Shown: positions 1 through 8,634 of the stretch, piece after piece
Position numbering within the stretch: the first letter of the stretch is position 1
Layout: every line of letters begins with the position of its first letter
Source: Candidatus Sulfotelmatobacter sp.
GTDB taxonomy: Bacteria > Pseudomonadota > Alphaproteobacteria > Elsterales > Elsteraceae
Assembly: GCA_035507915.1 (NCBI GenBank)
Contig: DATJNS010000500.1
Span: 657 to 24,656, forward strand
DNA length: 24,000 nucleotides
Reading direction: 5' to 3'
The notes under the pieces: generated by a model
The model's input: the letters and a program-made list of their open reading frames with translations, nothing else
What the model was told of the DNA's origin: nothing
The model's database searches: none
Position numbers and translations under genes: made by a program

Positions 1-1
1 T

Positions 2-1087
2 CCGCGCACCGGCGACGCCTGGTGCATCTACCCGACCTACGACTTCGCGCACGGCCAGTCGGATGCGATCGAGGGCGTCACCCACTCGATCTGCACGCTC
101 GAGTTCGAGGATCATCGGCCGCTCTACGATTGGCTGATCGAGAACCTGCCGACGCCGTCGCGGCCGCGCCAGTACGAGTTCGCCCGGCTCAACCTCGGCT
201 ACACCGTGCTGTCGAAACGCGTGCTCACCACCCTGGTGCGCGACGGTCACGTCGCGGGCTGGGACGATCCCCGCATGCCGACTCTGGCCGGCCTCAGGCG
301 GCGCGGCGTGCCGCCGGCGGCGCTGCGCGACTTCGTGCGCCGGGTCGGCGTGGCGCGCGCCTATTCGATCGTCGACTACGCGATGTTCGACGCCGCGGTG
401 CGCGAGCACCTGAACAAGACCGCGCCGCGGCGCATGGCCGTGCTGCGGCCGCTCAAGCTCGTGATCGAGAACTATCCCGAGGGCGCGGTCGAGGAGCTCG
501 ACGCGGTCAACAATCCCGAGGATCCCGCCGCCGGCAGCCGCCGCATTCCGTTCCGGCGCGAGCTCTACGTCGAGCGCGACGACTTCATGGAGAACCCGCC
601 GAAGAAGTTCTTCCGGCTCGCGCCCGGCCGCGAGGTGCGGCTGCGCTACGCCTATTTCGTGACCTGCCGCGAGGCCGTGAAGGACGCCGCCGGCGAGGTC
701 GTCGAGCTGCGCTGCACCTACGACCCGGCGACGCGCGGCGGCAACGCGCCCGACGGGCGCAAGGTCCAGGCGACCTTGCACTGGGTCACCGTCGCCGACT
801 CGCTGCCCGCCGAGGTGCGGCTCTACAACCAGCTGTTCACGCGCCCCGATCCGGGCGCGGGCGGCGGCGACGTGATGACCGATCTCAATCCCGACTCGCT
901 CGAGCGCCTCGCCGCGGTCCGCGTCGAGCCGGCGCTGGCCGGCGCGCCGGCGGGCGAGGCCGTGCAGTTCGAGCGTCAGGGCTACTTCTGTCCCGATCCC
1001 GACGGCGCGCCCGGCCGCCTGGTATTCAACCGCACGGTCGGCCTGCGCGACACCTGGGCCAAGGTCCAGGCTGCCGCCGCGCGCTGA
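2..1087 (+). CDS. glnS: Glutaminyl-tRNA synthetase, C-terminal part (5' end outside window)
   Basis: The frame is open from base 2 and reads [49 protein letters not shown]...[10 protein letters not shown]...[18 protein letters not shown], the typical GlnRS catalytic core. The stop TGA is at 1085-1087. The ORF track's 206 start is internal. Confidence 0.96.
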   Translation, partial: PRTGDAWCIYPTYDFAHGQSDAIEGVTHSICTLEFEDHRPLYDWLIENLPTPSRPRQYEFARLNLGYTVLSKRVLTTLVRDGHVAGWDDPRMPTLAGLRRRGVPPAALRDFVRRVGVARAYSIVDYAMFDAAVREHLNKTAPRRMAVLRPLKLVIENYPEGAVEELDAVNNPEDPAAGSRRIPFRRELYVERDDFMENPPKKFFRLAPGREVRLRYAYFVTCREAVKDAAGEVVELRCTYDPATRGGNAPDGRKVQATLHWVTVADSLPAEVRLYNQLFTRPDPGAGGGDVMTDLNPDSLERLAAVRVEPALAGAPAGEAVQFERQGYFCPDPDGAPGRLVFNRTVGLRDTWAKVQAAAAR

Positions 1088-1123
1088 GGTTCCTTCGCCG
1101 CGCTCACAGCCGCCACGCCAACG

Positions 1124-1166
1124 CTGCTCGCGCGGCTGGGTTGGGGGGTGGCAGACGCGCGAGCAG
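1124..1166. terminator. Hairpin between convergent glnS and NUDIX genes
   Basis: Perfect 11-bp inverted repeat CTGCTCGCGCG (1124-1134) / CGCGCGAGCAG (1156-1166) with a 21-nt loop in a convergent intergenic gap. There is no T-tract, so the terminator role is inferred. Confidence 0.35.
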
Positions 1167-1239
1167 AAAAAGGCGTGGATCCTCGGCACGAGGCCGCGGA
1201 TGACGGGTTGGGTCGGTGGCGACGCTTCTCCGGTCGCCG

Positions 1240-1716
1240 CTACCGCGCCGCCGTGATGCGGTGGCGGTTGAGGTAGAGGTAGAGCCCGAACTGGTCGTAG
1301 CCGATCACGTTCGGCAGCGCGAGCACCGCGTCGCCGTCGATCAGGCGCATGTCGCAGCCTTCGCCGAGCGTCATGCCGGCGACCTCGGCGGCGTCGATCT
1401 TGACCTCGTAGAAGCTCCGCATGCACGACCCGGCGCCGGCGAAGCCGAAATCGAAGCTGAAGCGGGTGAAGAAGGTGGCCGTCCCGAGCGTGTAGTCGAT
1501 CTCCTCCTTGAGCTCGCGGCGCAGCGCGTCGAGCTCGCTCTCGCCGGGCTCGATGCCGCCGCCGAACAGCGCCCACGCGCCCGGATACCAGATGTGCGGG
1601 ATCGGATCGCGATGCTGCATCAGGAAGCGGTGGTCGGGCGTGACGATGATGGCGGCGACGGCGTCCGACGGGACGAGGGGGGCGGCAGACGCGGCGGGCG
1701 AAGGCGGGGTGCTCAT
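1240..1716 (-). CDS. NUDIX hydrolase
   Basis: 158-aa ORF with a Nudix box GGGIEPGESELDALRRELKEEIDY (GX5EX7REUXEE). Confidence 0.88.
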   Translation of the reverse strand: MSTPPSPAASAAPLVPSDAVAAIIVTPDHRFLMQHRDPIPHIWYPGAWALFGGGIEPGESELDALRRELKEEIDYTLGTATFFTRFSFDFGFAGAGSCMRSFYEVKIDAAEVAGMTLGEGCDMRLIDGDAVLALPNVIGYDQFGLYLYLNRHRITAAR

Positions 1717-1846
1717 CGCGCCACGCTAGCACATCGCGCGCATCCCATGCGCCGCCCACCTGCGGGTCGCCGCGCGTGCTTGACGTCGCCTGGACCGGCC
1801 CGCCAAGCTGATCGGTGAGAAGAGTCGATAGCGGGGGAAACCAAGG

Positions 1847-3016
1847 ATGCGCAAGATCACACGGATACTCGGCGCGGCACTGCTGCTCGGCGCCCTCACC
1901 GGCGGCGCGGCATTCGCCCAGGACGAGATCAAGATCGGCGGCATCGGGCCGCTGTCGGGCGGCGGAACCGCGTGGGGATTGGCCGCCCAGCGCGGCATTC
2001 AGCTTGCGATGGACGATCTCAACGCGAAGGGCGGCATCACGGTCGCGGGAAAGAGCTACCAGTACACGCTGGTCATGTACGACGACCAGTACACCGGCCA
2101 GGGCGGCAAGTCGGCGGCCGAGCGTCTGGTCAACCAGGACAAAGTCAGCTTCATCATCGGGCCGGTCGGCTCGCCGCCGGCGCTCGGCACGATCAGCGTC
2201 ACCAATCCCGCGAAGGTGCTGGCGCTGACCGACGGCTACGCGCCGCAGATCCTCAAGAACGATACGCCCGATCCGTACAACTACCGCATCTACAACACCA
2301 ACCTCGAGTTCGGCCCGCCGATCATCTCGTACATCAAGGCGCACTATCCCGAGATCAAGAAGATCGGCATCCTGGCGCCCAACGACGCGGTCGGCCAAGC
2401 GGTCGCGCCGGCGCTCGCCAACGACTACCGCAAGCAGGGCTTCGAGGTGGTGCTCGACCTGTTCGAGCGCGGCACCCAGGAGTTCACGCCCGGGATCCTG
2501 CGCATGATGGCGCAGAAGGTCGACGCCTTCGAGTTCGACGGCAACAGCCCCGGCGATTGCGGCCTGATGACGAAGCAGATCCGGCAGGCCGGCTTCAAGG
2601 GCCACGTCATGCAGGTCGGCGGCCCCTCGATCGACGAGATCATGGAGATCGCCGGCCCGTACGCCGAGGGCTTCCTGTCCTACGACCTCTACAACTGGGA
2701 GACGCCGTTCGGCCAGCAGCTGAAGGCCAAGTACGTGGCGAAGTACGGCAAGGGCATCATCAACGCCTTCGTGCCGTACTTCTATCACGCGGTGCTGCTG
2801 CTCAACGAGTCGATCCACCGCGCCAACTCGCTCGACACCGCGAAGGTGCGCGCCGCGCTCGACACCACCGGCGGCTACGACGCCGGCGTCTTCGAGGCGC
2901 CGATCAAGTGGGGCGGCAAGGAGCTCTACGGCGTCAACCACCAGATGCTAAACCTGTACTATTTCTCCGAGGTCAAGGGCGGCAAGATCGTCAAGCTCGA
3001 GAAGTTCACGCCGTAG
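1847..3016 (+). CDS. ABC transporter periplasmic substrate-binding protein, branched-chain amino-acid/amide (LivK-like) family
   Basis: Signal peptide (MRKITRILGAALLLGALTGGAAFAQ) followed by DEIKIGGIGPLSGGGTAWGLAAQRGIQLAMDDLNAKGGI, typical of the type I periplasmic-binding fold. It is upstream of livHMGF-like genes. Confidence 0.93.
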   Translation: MRKITRILGAALLLGALTGGAAFAQDEIKIGGIGPLSGGGTAWGLAAQRGIQLAMDDLNAKGGITVAGKSYQYTLVMYDDQYTGQGGKSAAERLVNQDKVSFIIGPVGSPPALGTISVTNPAKVLALTDGYAPQILKNDTPDPYNYRIYNTNLEFGPPIISYIKAHYPEIKKIGILAPNDAVGQAVAPALANDYRKQGFEVVLDLFERGTQEFTPGILRMMAQKVDAFEFDGNSPGDCGLMTKQIRQAGFKGHVMQVGGPSIDEIMEIAGPYAEGFLSYDLYNWETPFGQQLKAKYVAKYGKGIINAFVPYFYHAVLLLNESIHRANSLDTAKVRAALDTTGGYDAGVFEAPIKWGGKELYGVNHQMLNLYYFSEVKGGKIVKLEKFTP

Positions 3017-3026
3017 CCAGACGGAG

Positions 3027-3093
3027 GACGGACGACAGGGGACGGATGAGGGAGACGAAGCTGCGTTCCGTCCTCAGTCGCCCGTCGTCCGTC
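3027..3093 (+). repeat. Intercistronic imperfect inverted repeat between binding-protein and permease genes
   Basis: Arms GACGGACGAC (3027-3036) and GTCGTCCGTC (3084-3093) pair perfectly, with partial inner pairing. An alternative pairing is GAGGACGG (3024-3031) with CCGTCCTC (3068-3075). Confidence 0.55.
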
Positions 3094-3098
3094 GCCTG

Positions 3099-3968
3099 AT
3101 GTTCAGCCCCACCATCCTCGGGCAGGTCGTGGTCAACGGCGTGAGCCTGAGCGCGATCTACATCCTGGTCGCGCTCGGCTTCACGCTGCTGTTCGGCATC
3201 ATGCGCGTCGTCAATTTCGCGCACGGCGAGTTCGCCATGCTGGGGGCGTTCGCGCTCTACTACCTCATGACCACGCTGCACCTGCCGTGGCTGATTGCGC
3301 TGCCGATCGCCGTGGTCGGCGTCGCGGCGGCCTCGATGGTGCTCGAATGGGCGGTGTTTCGCTGGTTCTACCAGCGCATGTTCGAGAGCATGATCGGCCT
3401 GCTCGGCCTCAGCATGATGCTGATGTTCGGCGGCGTGCTGATCTGGGACGTCTACGACCGCAACATCCCGGCGGCGTTCACCTCGGTCCTGGTGTGGGGC
3501 GACATCATCCTGCCGGTCGACCGGCTGGTCGTGCTCGTGATCGCGGTCGCGGCGCTGGTCGGCTTCTACCTGTTCATCCGCTTCACGCGCGCCGGCCTTG
3601 CCATGCGCGCCGCCGCCCAGGACGTCGAGATCGCCGAGACCCAGGGCGTCGACACGCGGCGCACCTACAAGGTCGCATTCTTCGTCGCGATCCTGCTCGC
3701 GGCGCTCGCCGGCGCGCTGTGGGGCCAGATCTACTCGGTGTCGCCGTTCCTCGGCCAACGCCCCCTCATGATGGCGTTCATCGTCGTGATCCTGGGCGGC
3801 ATGGGCTCGATCCCGGGCGCGGCGCTCGGCGGCACGCTGCTCGGCTTCACGGAGAGCTTCGTCGGAACCTTCTACGGCACGGCGGCGTCGGCGTTCCTGT
3901 CGTTCGGCATCGTGGTCCTGCTCCTGATCGTGCGGCCGTGGGGCATCCTCGGCACGCCGGAGGCCTGA
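3099..3968 (+). CDS. livH: Branched-chain amino-acid ABC transporter permease LivH
   Basis: Highly hydrophobic 289-aa ORF with NGVSLSAIYILVALGFTLLFGIMRVVNFAHGEFAMLGAF and VVILGGMGSIPGAALGGTLLG. Confidence 0.94.
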   Translation: MFSPTILGQVVVNGVSLSAIYILVALGFTLLFGIMRVVNFAHGEFAMLGAFALYYLMTTLHLPWLIALPIAVVGVAAASMVLEWAVFRWFYQRMFESMIGLLGLSMMLMFGGVLIWDVYDRNIPAAFTSVLVWGDIILPVDRLVVLVIAVAALVGFYLFIRFTRAGLAMRAAAQDVEIAETQGVDTRRTYKVAFFVAILLAALAGALWGQIYSVSPFLGQRPLMMAFIVVILGGMGSIPGAALGGTLLGFTESFVGTFYGTAASAFLSFGIVVLLLIVRPWGILGTPEA

Positions 3969-3969
3969 G

Positions 3970-4923
3970 GTGACGCGCCGCCCGATCGTCTGGCTGGTCG
4001 TCGCCGTGGCGCTGGTCGGCTGGCCGTGGCTCACGGACGACAAGTTCCTGCACCATGTCGGCGTGCTCTTGTGCATCACGGCGATCGCGGCGTCCTCGTT
4101 GCACCTGATCGTCCGTACCGGCCATGTCAGCCTGGCGCACGCGGCGTTCATGGGCGTCGGCGCCTACGGCTCGGTGTTGAGCGTGATGAATTTCGGCTTG
4201 CCCTGGATCGCCGGCCTCGTGATCGGCACGGGAGCCGCGACCGCGCTCGCGCTCGTCGTCGGACCGATCGTGCTGCGGCTGACCGGCAAGTACTTCGTGC
4301 TGATCACCTTCCTGTTCGGCGAGATGGTCCGCATGGCGATCGTCGACCAGGCCGGGTTCACCGGCGGCTCGAACGGCATCTTCAACGTGCCGCCGCCGGC
4401 CGATTTCCTGCTGTCGACCCGCGCCTACTACTACTTCGCGCTGGCGTTCGCGGTGTGCGGCGTCGGCCTGTGCGCCCGCATCCTGAGCTCGGAGTTCGGC
4501 CGCGCGATCAACGCCATCCGCGAGGGCGAGCGGCTCGCCGAATGCTCGGGCGTGCCGGTGATCCGCATCAAGGTCACGGTCTTCGTGATCGCCTGCGCGA
4601 TGGCCGGGGTCGCGGGCGTGCTGCAGGCGCATTACATCCGCTATGTCGGGCCCGAGGGCTTTTCGATCGTGCAGTCGCTCAACCTCGTCGTCATGAACGT
4701 GATCGGCGGCATGGCGAGCCTCGCGGGTGCCCTGATCGGCACCGCCTTCATGGTCACGCTGCCCGAGCTGCTGCGCGGCTACGTCAACGTCCAGCAGATC
4801 ATGTTCGGCGCGATCCTGTTCGCCACCATGGCGTTCCTGCCGGGCGGCCTGATCGAGCTCGGCCGGCGCCTGGGCGCGCTGGTGCGCGGGCGGCGCGCCG
4901 CCGCGTCGCGGGTCGCGACGTGA
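3970..4923 (+). CDS. livM: Branched-chain amino-acid ABC transporter permease LivM
   Basis: GTG start right after the livH stop. Contains RTGHVSLAHAAFMGVGAYGSVL, GKYFVLITFLFGEMVRM and GPEGFSIVQSLNLVVMNVIGGMASLAGALIGTAF. Confidence 0.94.
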   Translation: MTRRPIVWLVVAVALVGWPWLTDDKFLHHVGVLLCITAIAASSLHLIVRTGHVSLAHAAFMGVGAYGSVLSVMNFGLPWIAGLVIGTGAATALALVVGPIVLRLTGKYFVLITFLFGEMVRMAIVDQAGFTGGSNGIFNVPPPADFLLSTRAYYYFALAFAVCGVGLCARILSSEFGRAINAIREGERLAECSGVPVIRIKVTVFVIACAMAGVAGVLQAHYIRYVGPEGFSIVQSLNLVVMNVIGGMASLAGALIGTAFMVTLPELLRGYVNVQQIMFGAILFATMAFLPGGLIELGRRLGALVRGRRAAASRVAT

Positions 4924-5679
4924 GCCGGCTGCTCGCGGTCGAAAGCCTGTCCCGGCGCTTCGGCGGCCTGCAGGCGGTCGCCGACATCAGCTTCGAGGTC
5001 GCCGAGGGCGAGATCCTCGGCTTGATCGGACCGAACGGCGCCGGCAAGACGACCGCCGTCAACCTGATCTCGGGCGTCCTCAAGCCGAGCGGCGGCCGCG
5101 TGCGCCTCGCCGAGCGCGACGTCACCGGATTGCCGCCCCACGTGCTGGTCGCGCGCGGGCTGGTGCGCACCTTCCAGGCGACCACCGTCTATGCCGGGCA
5201 GACCGTGCGCGAGAACCTGCTGCGCGGCGCCTTCCGTCATCTCTATCCCGGGCTGGTCGCGAGCCTGCTCGGCACCGGGGCGGCGCGCGTGCGCCGGCTC
5301 GAGGCCGACGCGCATGTCGACGAGGTGCTGCGCTGGCTCGATCTCGAGCGCGTCCAGCACCAGGTGGCGAGCGCGCTGCCCTACGGCTTCCAGAAGGTGC
5401 TCGGCATGGCGATCGCGCTGGCCGCGGAGCCGCGCCTCATCATGCTCGACGAGCCCGCCGCCGGCCTGTCGGCCGCCGAGACCGACCACGTGCGCGACAC
5501 CATCCGTCTGGTGCGCGGGCGCGGCATCTCGGTCGTCGCGATCGACCACAACATGCGCTTCATCTCCGACCTGTGCGACCGCGTGTTCGTGATGGCGCAG
5601 GGTCGCGAGCTCGCGCAGGGCACGCCCCAGCAGGTGCTGCGCAACGCAACGGTCATCGAGGCTTATCTCGGCAAGTCCT

Positions 5680-5699
<20 letters not shown>
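4920..5699 (+). CDS. livG: Branched-chain amino-acid ABC transporter ATP-binding protein LivG
   Basis: GTG start overlaps the livM stop by 4 nt (GTGA). SRLLAVESLSRRFGGLQAV..., Walker A GPNGAGKTT, signature-like LPYGFQKVLGMAIAL, Walker B LIMLDEPAAGLS. The 4026 start in the ORF track is an out-of-gene extension. Confidence 0.93.
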
Positions 5700-6390
<691 letters not shown>

Positions 6391-6421
6391 CCCGCAACGG
6401 TGGCGTCGAATGGTTGTCGTG

Positions 6422-6451
6422 ATGCCATTTTCATGGCATCATAAATGCCAT
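6422..6451. promoter_or_regulatory. Three ATGCCAT/ATGGCAT half-sites overlapping the vapB-like start: probable autoregulatory operator
   Basis: ATGCCAT 6422-6428, ATGGCAT 6433-6439 and ATGCCAT 6445-6451, with centres 11 and 12 bp apart. The last overlaps the ATG at 6450. Confidence 0.55.
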
Positions 6452-6695
6452 GAAAACAGCCATTGACGCGGCGGGTCGCCTGGTCGTTCCCAAAGCGTTG
6501 CGGCAAGCGCTCGGTCTGAAGCCCGGTCAGCCCCTCGAGATCACAGCTGGCGACGGACGGCTGGAGATCGAGATTGCCGCGACGCCGATGCGCCTCAAGA
6601 AGCGCGGCAAGGGCGTGATCGCGGTTCCCGATCGCAAGCTGCCCCGCCTCACGGCCGATGACGTGCGCGACACCCTGGAACGCGTTCGCCGGTGA
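6450..6695 (+). CDS. AbrB/MazE-type antitoxin (VapB-like)
   Basis: 81-aa ORF MKTAIDAAGRLVVPKALRQALGLKPGQPLEITAGDGRLEIE, an AbrB swapped-hairpin DNA-binding motif. It overlaps the downstream PIN ORF by 4 nt. Confidence 0.88.
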   Translation: MKTAIDAAGRLVVPKALRQALGLKPGQPLEITAGDGRLEIEIAATPMRLKKRGKGVIAVPDRKLPRLTADDVRDTLERVRR

Positions 6696-7096
6696 CGACG
6701 GCGGTCGACACCAGTCTCGTCGTCGCCGCCTTCGCGTCCTGGCACGAGCGACATGAGGTCGCCCGTCGGGTGTTGGATGGCGGCGTACGTCTCGTCGAAC
6801 ATTGCGCGCTGGAGACGTATTCGGTGCTGACGCGCTTGCCGCCGCCGCATCGGGTTCCCGGTGGCCTGGTTCGGGCGTTCCTTGACGTTCGTTTCCCCCA
6901 ACCGTTTCTACGGTTGAGCGCACGGGCTTACCGGACTTTCGTGTCGACGCTGGCCGAGCGAGGGGTCAGCGGCGGCGCCGCGTACGATGCCTTGGTCGCT
7001 GCGACGGTGGCAAACCACAGAGCCGACCTCGTCAGCTGCGATCGACGTGCCGCCGGGATCTACGAACGGTACGGCGTCAAGGCTCGGCTTCTGTAG
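6692..7096 (+). CDS. PIN-domain toxin (VapC family)
   Basis: 134-aa ORF with GTG start. VDTSLVVAAFASWHERH, ALETYSVLTRL, AYDALVAATVANHRADLVSCDRRAAGIYERYG, giving PIN acidic residues in the expected order. Confidence 0.86.
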   Translation: MTTAVDTSLVVAAFASWHERHEVARRVLDGGVRLVEHCALETYSVLTRLPPPHRVPGGLVRAFLDVRFPQPFLRLSARAYRTFVSTLAERGVSGGAAYDALVAATVANHRADLVSCDRRAAGIYERYGVKARLL

Positions 7097-7156
7097 GATC
7101 GGCCCTCGCTACCCACGCCGGTCCAGCGACACGAGCAGGCTCTGCTCATGTCACGC

Positions 7157-7173
7157 CCGGTATGCGATACCGG
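7157..7173. terminator. Short hairpin downstream of the PIN toxin gene
   Basis: CCGGTAT-GCG-ATACCGG, a perfect 7-bp stem about 60 nt after the toxin stop. Confidence 0.3.
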
Positions 7174-7365
7174 TCGGCATGACGGAGGATCTTCAGACCA
7201 TGGCCCGATCGGGCGGATGGACGGCGGACGCGTGGTGCGGACCACGGGAGAGGGCCTGCATTCCGCCTGCTGGAACAGGGCATGTCGCGCTGGCGCGACG
7301 CCGCTTCTTGGTCGTGCCGGATCGGCGGTGCTAGGCTGGTCGGCGACCCATCGGGAGGAACGCGC

Positions 7366-8562
7366 ATGAGCCGGGCCCTAGACGGCATCCGCATCATCGA
7401 CATGACGCACAACCAGGCGGGCCCCGCCTGCGCCCAGATCCTGGGCTTTCTGGGCGCCGACGTGATCAAGCTCGAGGAGCCCAAGGGCGGCGACGTCGCA
7501 CGCACCAACCTGCGCGACAAGGCCAACAGCGACAGCCTGTTCTTTCTGTTCTTCAATGCCAACAAGCGCAGCCTGACCCTCAACCTCAAGACCGACGACG
7601 GCAAGGCGCTGTTCAAGAAGGTGATCGAACAGTCCGACGTGCTGCTGGAGAATTTCGGGCCGGGCGCGCTCGACCGGCTCGGCCTCGGCTACGACACGCT
7701 GTCGAAGCTCAACCCGCGACTGATCTACGCGACCATCAAGGGCTTCGGGACGTATGGGCCGTACAGTGGATTCAAGAGCTTCGAGCCGATCGCCCAGGCG
7801 ATGGGCGGCGCGATGGGCGTCACCGGCTTTCCCGACAATCCGCCGACTTACGTCTTCCCGGCGATCGGCGACAGCGGCACCGGCATGCACATGGCGATCG
7901 GCATCCTGGCCGCGCTCGAGCAGCGCCACCAGACCGGGCGCGGCCAGCATGTCGAGGTGTCGATGCAGGACGCCGTCGTCAACCTCGTGCGCGTCAGCCT
8001 GCGCGACCACCAGCGCTACGGCCATCCGCCGCCGCGCGTCGGCAACCAGCTCGGCCGCACCGTGCCGGGCACGACCTATCCGTGCGCGCCCGGCGGTCCC
8101 AACGATTACGTCTACATCTTCTCGCAGCCGCAGATGTGGCCCGCGGTCGTCAAGACCCTGGGCGAGCCCGCGCTCGCCGACGATCCGCGTTTCAAGACGC
8201 CGGAGCTGCGCTGGGAGAACCGCGCCGCGCTCGACGGCATCGTCGCGGCCTGGACGCGCCAGCGCAGCAAGCACGAGGTGCTGCGCCTGATGGGCGAAGC
8301 CGGCGTGCCGTGCGGCGCCTGTCTCGATACCGGCGAGGTGCTCAACGATCCGCATCTCAAGGCGCGCGACATGATCGTCGACGTCGACTACCCGACGCGT
8401 GGCACCTATCAGACCGTCGGTTGCCCGATCAAGCTGTCGGACTCGCCCGCCGAGGTGACGCGCCCGCCGATGCTCGGCGAGCACACCGACGCGCTGCTCG
8501 AGAATTTGTGCGGCGTCGGTCCGGACGAGCTCAAGCGCCTGCACGATACCGGCGTCGTCTAG
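7366..8562 (+). CDS. Class III (family III) CoA-transferase, CaiB/formyl-CoA transferase-like, copy 1
   Basis: GGAGGAA before the ATG at 7366. MSRALDGIRIIDMTHNQAGPACAQILGFLGADVIKLEEPKGGDVAR..., NANKRSLTLNLK, VLLENFGPGALDRLGLGYDTL, GDSGTGMHMAIGILAAL (catalytic Asp context). The track start 7282 looks like an artefactual extension. Confidence 0.94.
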   Translation: MSRALDGIRIIDMTHNQAGPACAQILGFLGADVIKLEEPKGGDVARTNLRDKANSDSLFFLFFNANKRSLTLNLKTDDGKALFKKVIEQSDVLLENFGPGALDRLGLGYDTLSKLNPRLIYATIKGFGTYGPYSGFKSFEPIAQAMGGAMGVTGFPDNPPTYVFPAIGDSGTGMHMAIGILAALEQRHQTGRGQHVEVSMQDAVVNLVRVSLRDHQRYGHPPPRVGNQLGRTVPGTTYPCAPGGPNDYVYIFSQPQMWPAVVKTLGEPALADDPRFKTPELRWENRAALDGIVAAWTRQRSKHEVLRLMGEAGVPCGACLDTGEVLNDPHLKARDMIVDVDYPTRGTYQTVGCPIKLSDSPAEVTRPPMLGEHTDALLENLCGVGPDELKRLHDTGVV

Positions 8563-8634
8563 CTTTCCAGTTGGAGGCGGTCGCCCGGCGTGTCACGCTG
8601 GCGCGCCGCCAAAATATCAGGGGGAGACGCGAGA

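Noticed and set aside
22-1203. 393-aa plus-strand ORF over glnS
   Set aside because: Out of frame with the clear GlnRS reading frame, with composition bias typical of shadow ORFs.
4026-4919. N-terminal extension of the LivG ORF across livM
   Set aside because: Shadow frame of livM. The true LivG start at the overlapping GTG 4920 gives the normal family N-terminus.
5191-5592. Possibility of a divergent or defective LivG because of LPYGFQK instead of the LSGGQ-type signature
   Set aside because: LPYGxQ variants are common in LivG-type ATPases, and Walker A, Walker B and downstream motifs are intact.
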